Positions 63,701 to 64,000 of a stretch of 64,000 nucleotides of DNA are shown here, one piece after another. The translations under genes were made by a program, and so were the position numbers. The stretch comes from Octopus bimaculoides (lineage: Eukaryota), in contig NC_069009.1 of assembly GCF_001194135.2 (NCBI RefSeq), positions 9,603,608 to 9,667,607 of the forward strand. The letters are read 5' to 3'. How positions within the stretch are numbered: the stretch's first letter is position 1; each line of letters begins with the position of its first letter. A model generated the notes under the pieces. That model made no database searches. It was not told the DNA's origin and saw only the letters and a list, made by a program, of their open reading frames with translations.

Positions 63701-63889
63701 GGTCACATACAGAGGTTTTTATTTCCGTCTACCAAATCCACTCACTCAACTTAGGTCGGGCCGGAGCTGTAGAATGCTCTTGTCCAAGTGCCGCATAGTG
63801 GGACTGAATCCAAGACTACATGGTTGGGAAGCAAGCTGACCACACAATCACGCTTGTACCTATAAAAAAAAAAGCTATCAGCTGCTAGA

Positions 63890-63965
63890 TACCAAAACCC
63901 GAGATTGAACTGGAGACCTTTACACCTTCAGTCTAACGAATTGCTCTCAACTGAGCTATACGTGA
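63890..63965 (-). pseudogene. tRNA-Phe(GAA) pseudogene
   Basis: ATAGCTCAGTTG-AGAGC-aatt-CGTTAGACTGAAG..TAAAGGTCTCCAGTTCAATCTCGGGTTTTGGTA aligns to eukaryotic tRNA-Phe; the 5' acceptor strand is lost, there is a 4-nt insertion and the T-arm is mutated. Confidence 0.8.
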
Positions 63966-64000
63966 ACTCTACCTCCTTTATTCTATTTTTACCTACATGT

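Overview
AT-rich, microsatellite-dense, N-gapped eukaryotic draft sequence. The SINE/LINE families look like those of octopus/coleoid cephalopods (inference, not confirmed). It is not prokaryotic and has no CRISPR or rRNA. Two host genes lie on the minus strand. (1) A CNBP-family CCHC zinc-knuckle gene. The coding exons 49439-49307, 38220-38095, 30385-30181 and 30079-29965 splice at GT-AG sites into a stop-free 192-aa protein with EIGHT knuckles. It has a candidate non-coding first exon near 52824-52678 that starts at a TCT/5'TOP-type motif, and probably a 3'UTR of about 5.5 kb. (2) The first two coding exons (11912-11511, 10687-10563) of a probable REXO4/REX4 RNA exonuclease; its catalytic domain was not found in the window. 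The rest is a transposon mosaic: Penelope-like, HERO, RTE/RTE-X and CR1-like retroelements; Tc1/mariner, hAT and piggyBac-type DNA elements and MITEs; at least three SINE families; and a tRNA-Phe pseudogene. The most interesting leads are: an in-frame 57-nt cassette exon plus an alternative last exon inside CNBP intron 3 (predicting 3-knuckle versus 8-knuckle isoforms), the TCT/E-box/YY1 promoter of CNBP, an intact LINE-derived triple-C2H2 zinc-finger ORF with its own ATG and poly(A) signal, and an intronic inverted LINE duplication that could be an ADAR substrate. All splice models were read by eye and need transcript evidence.
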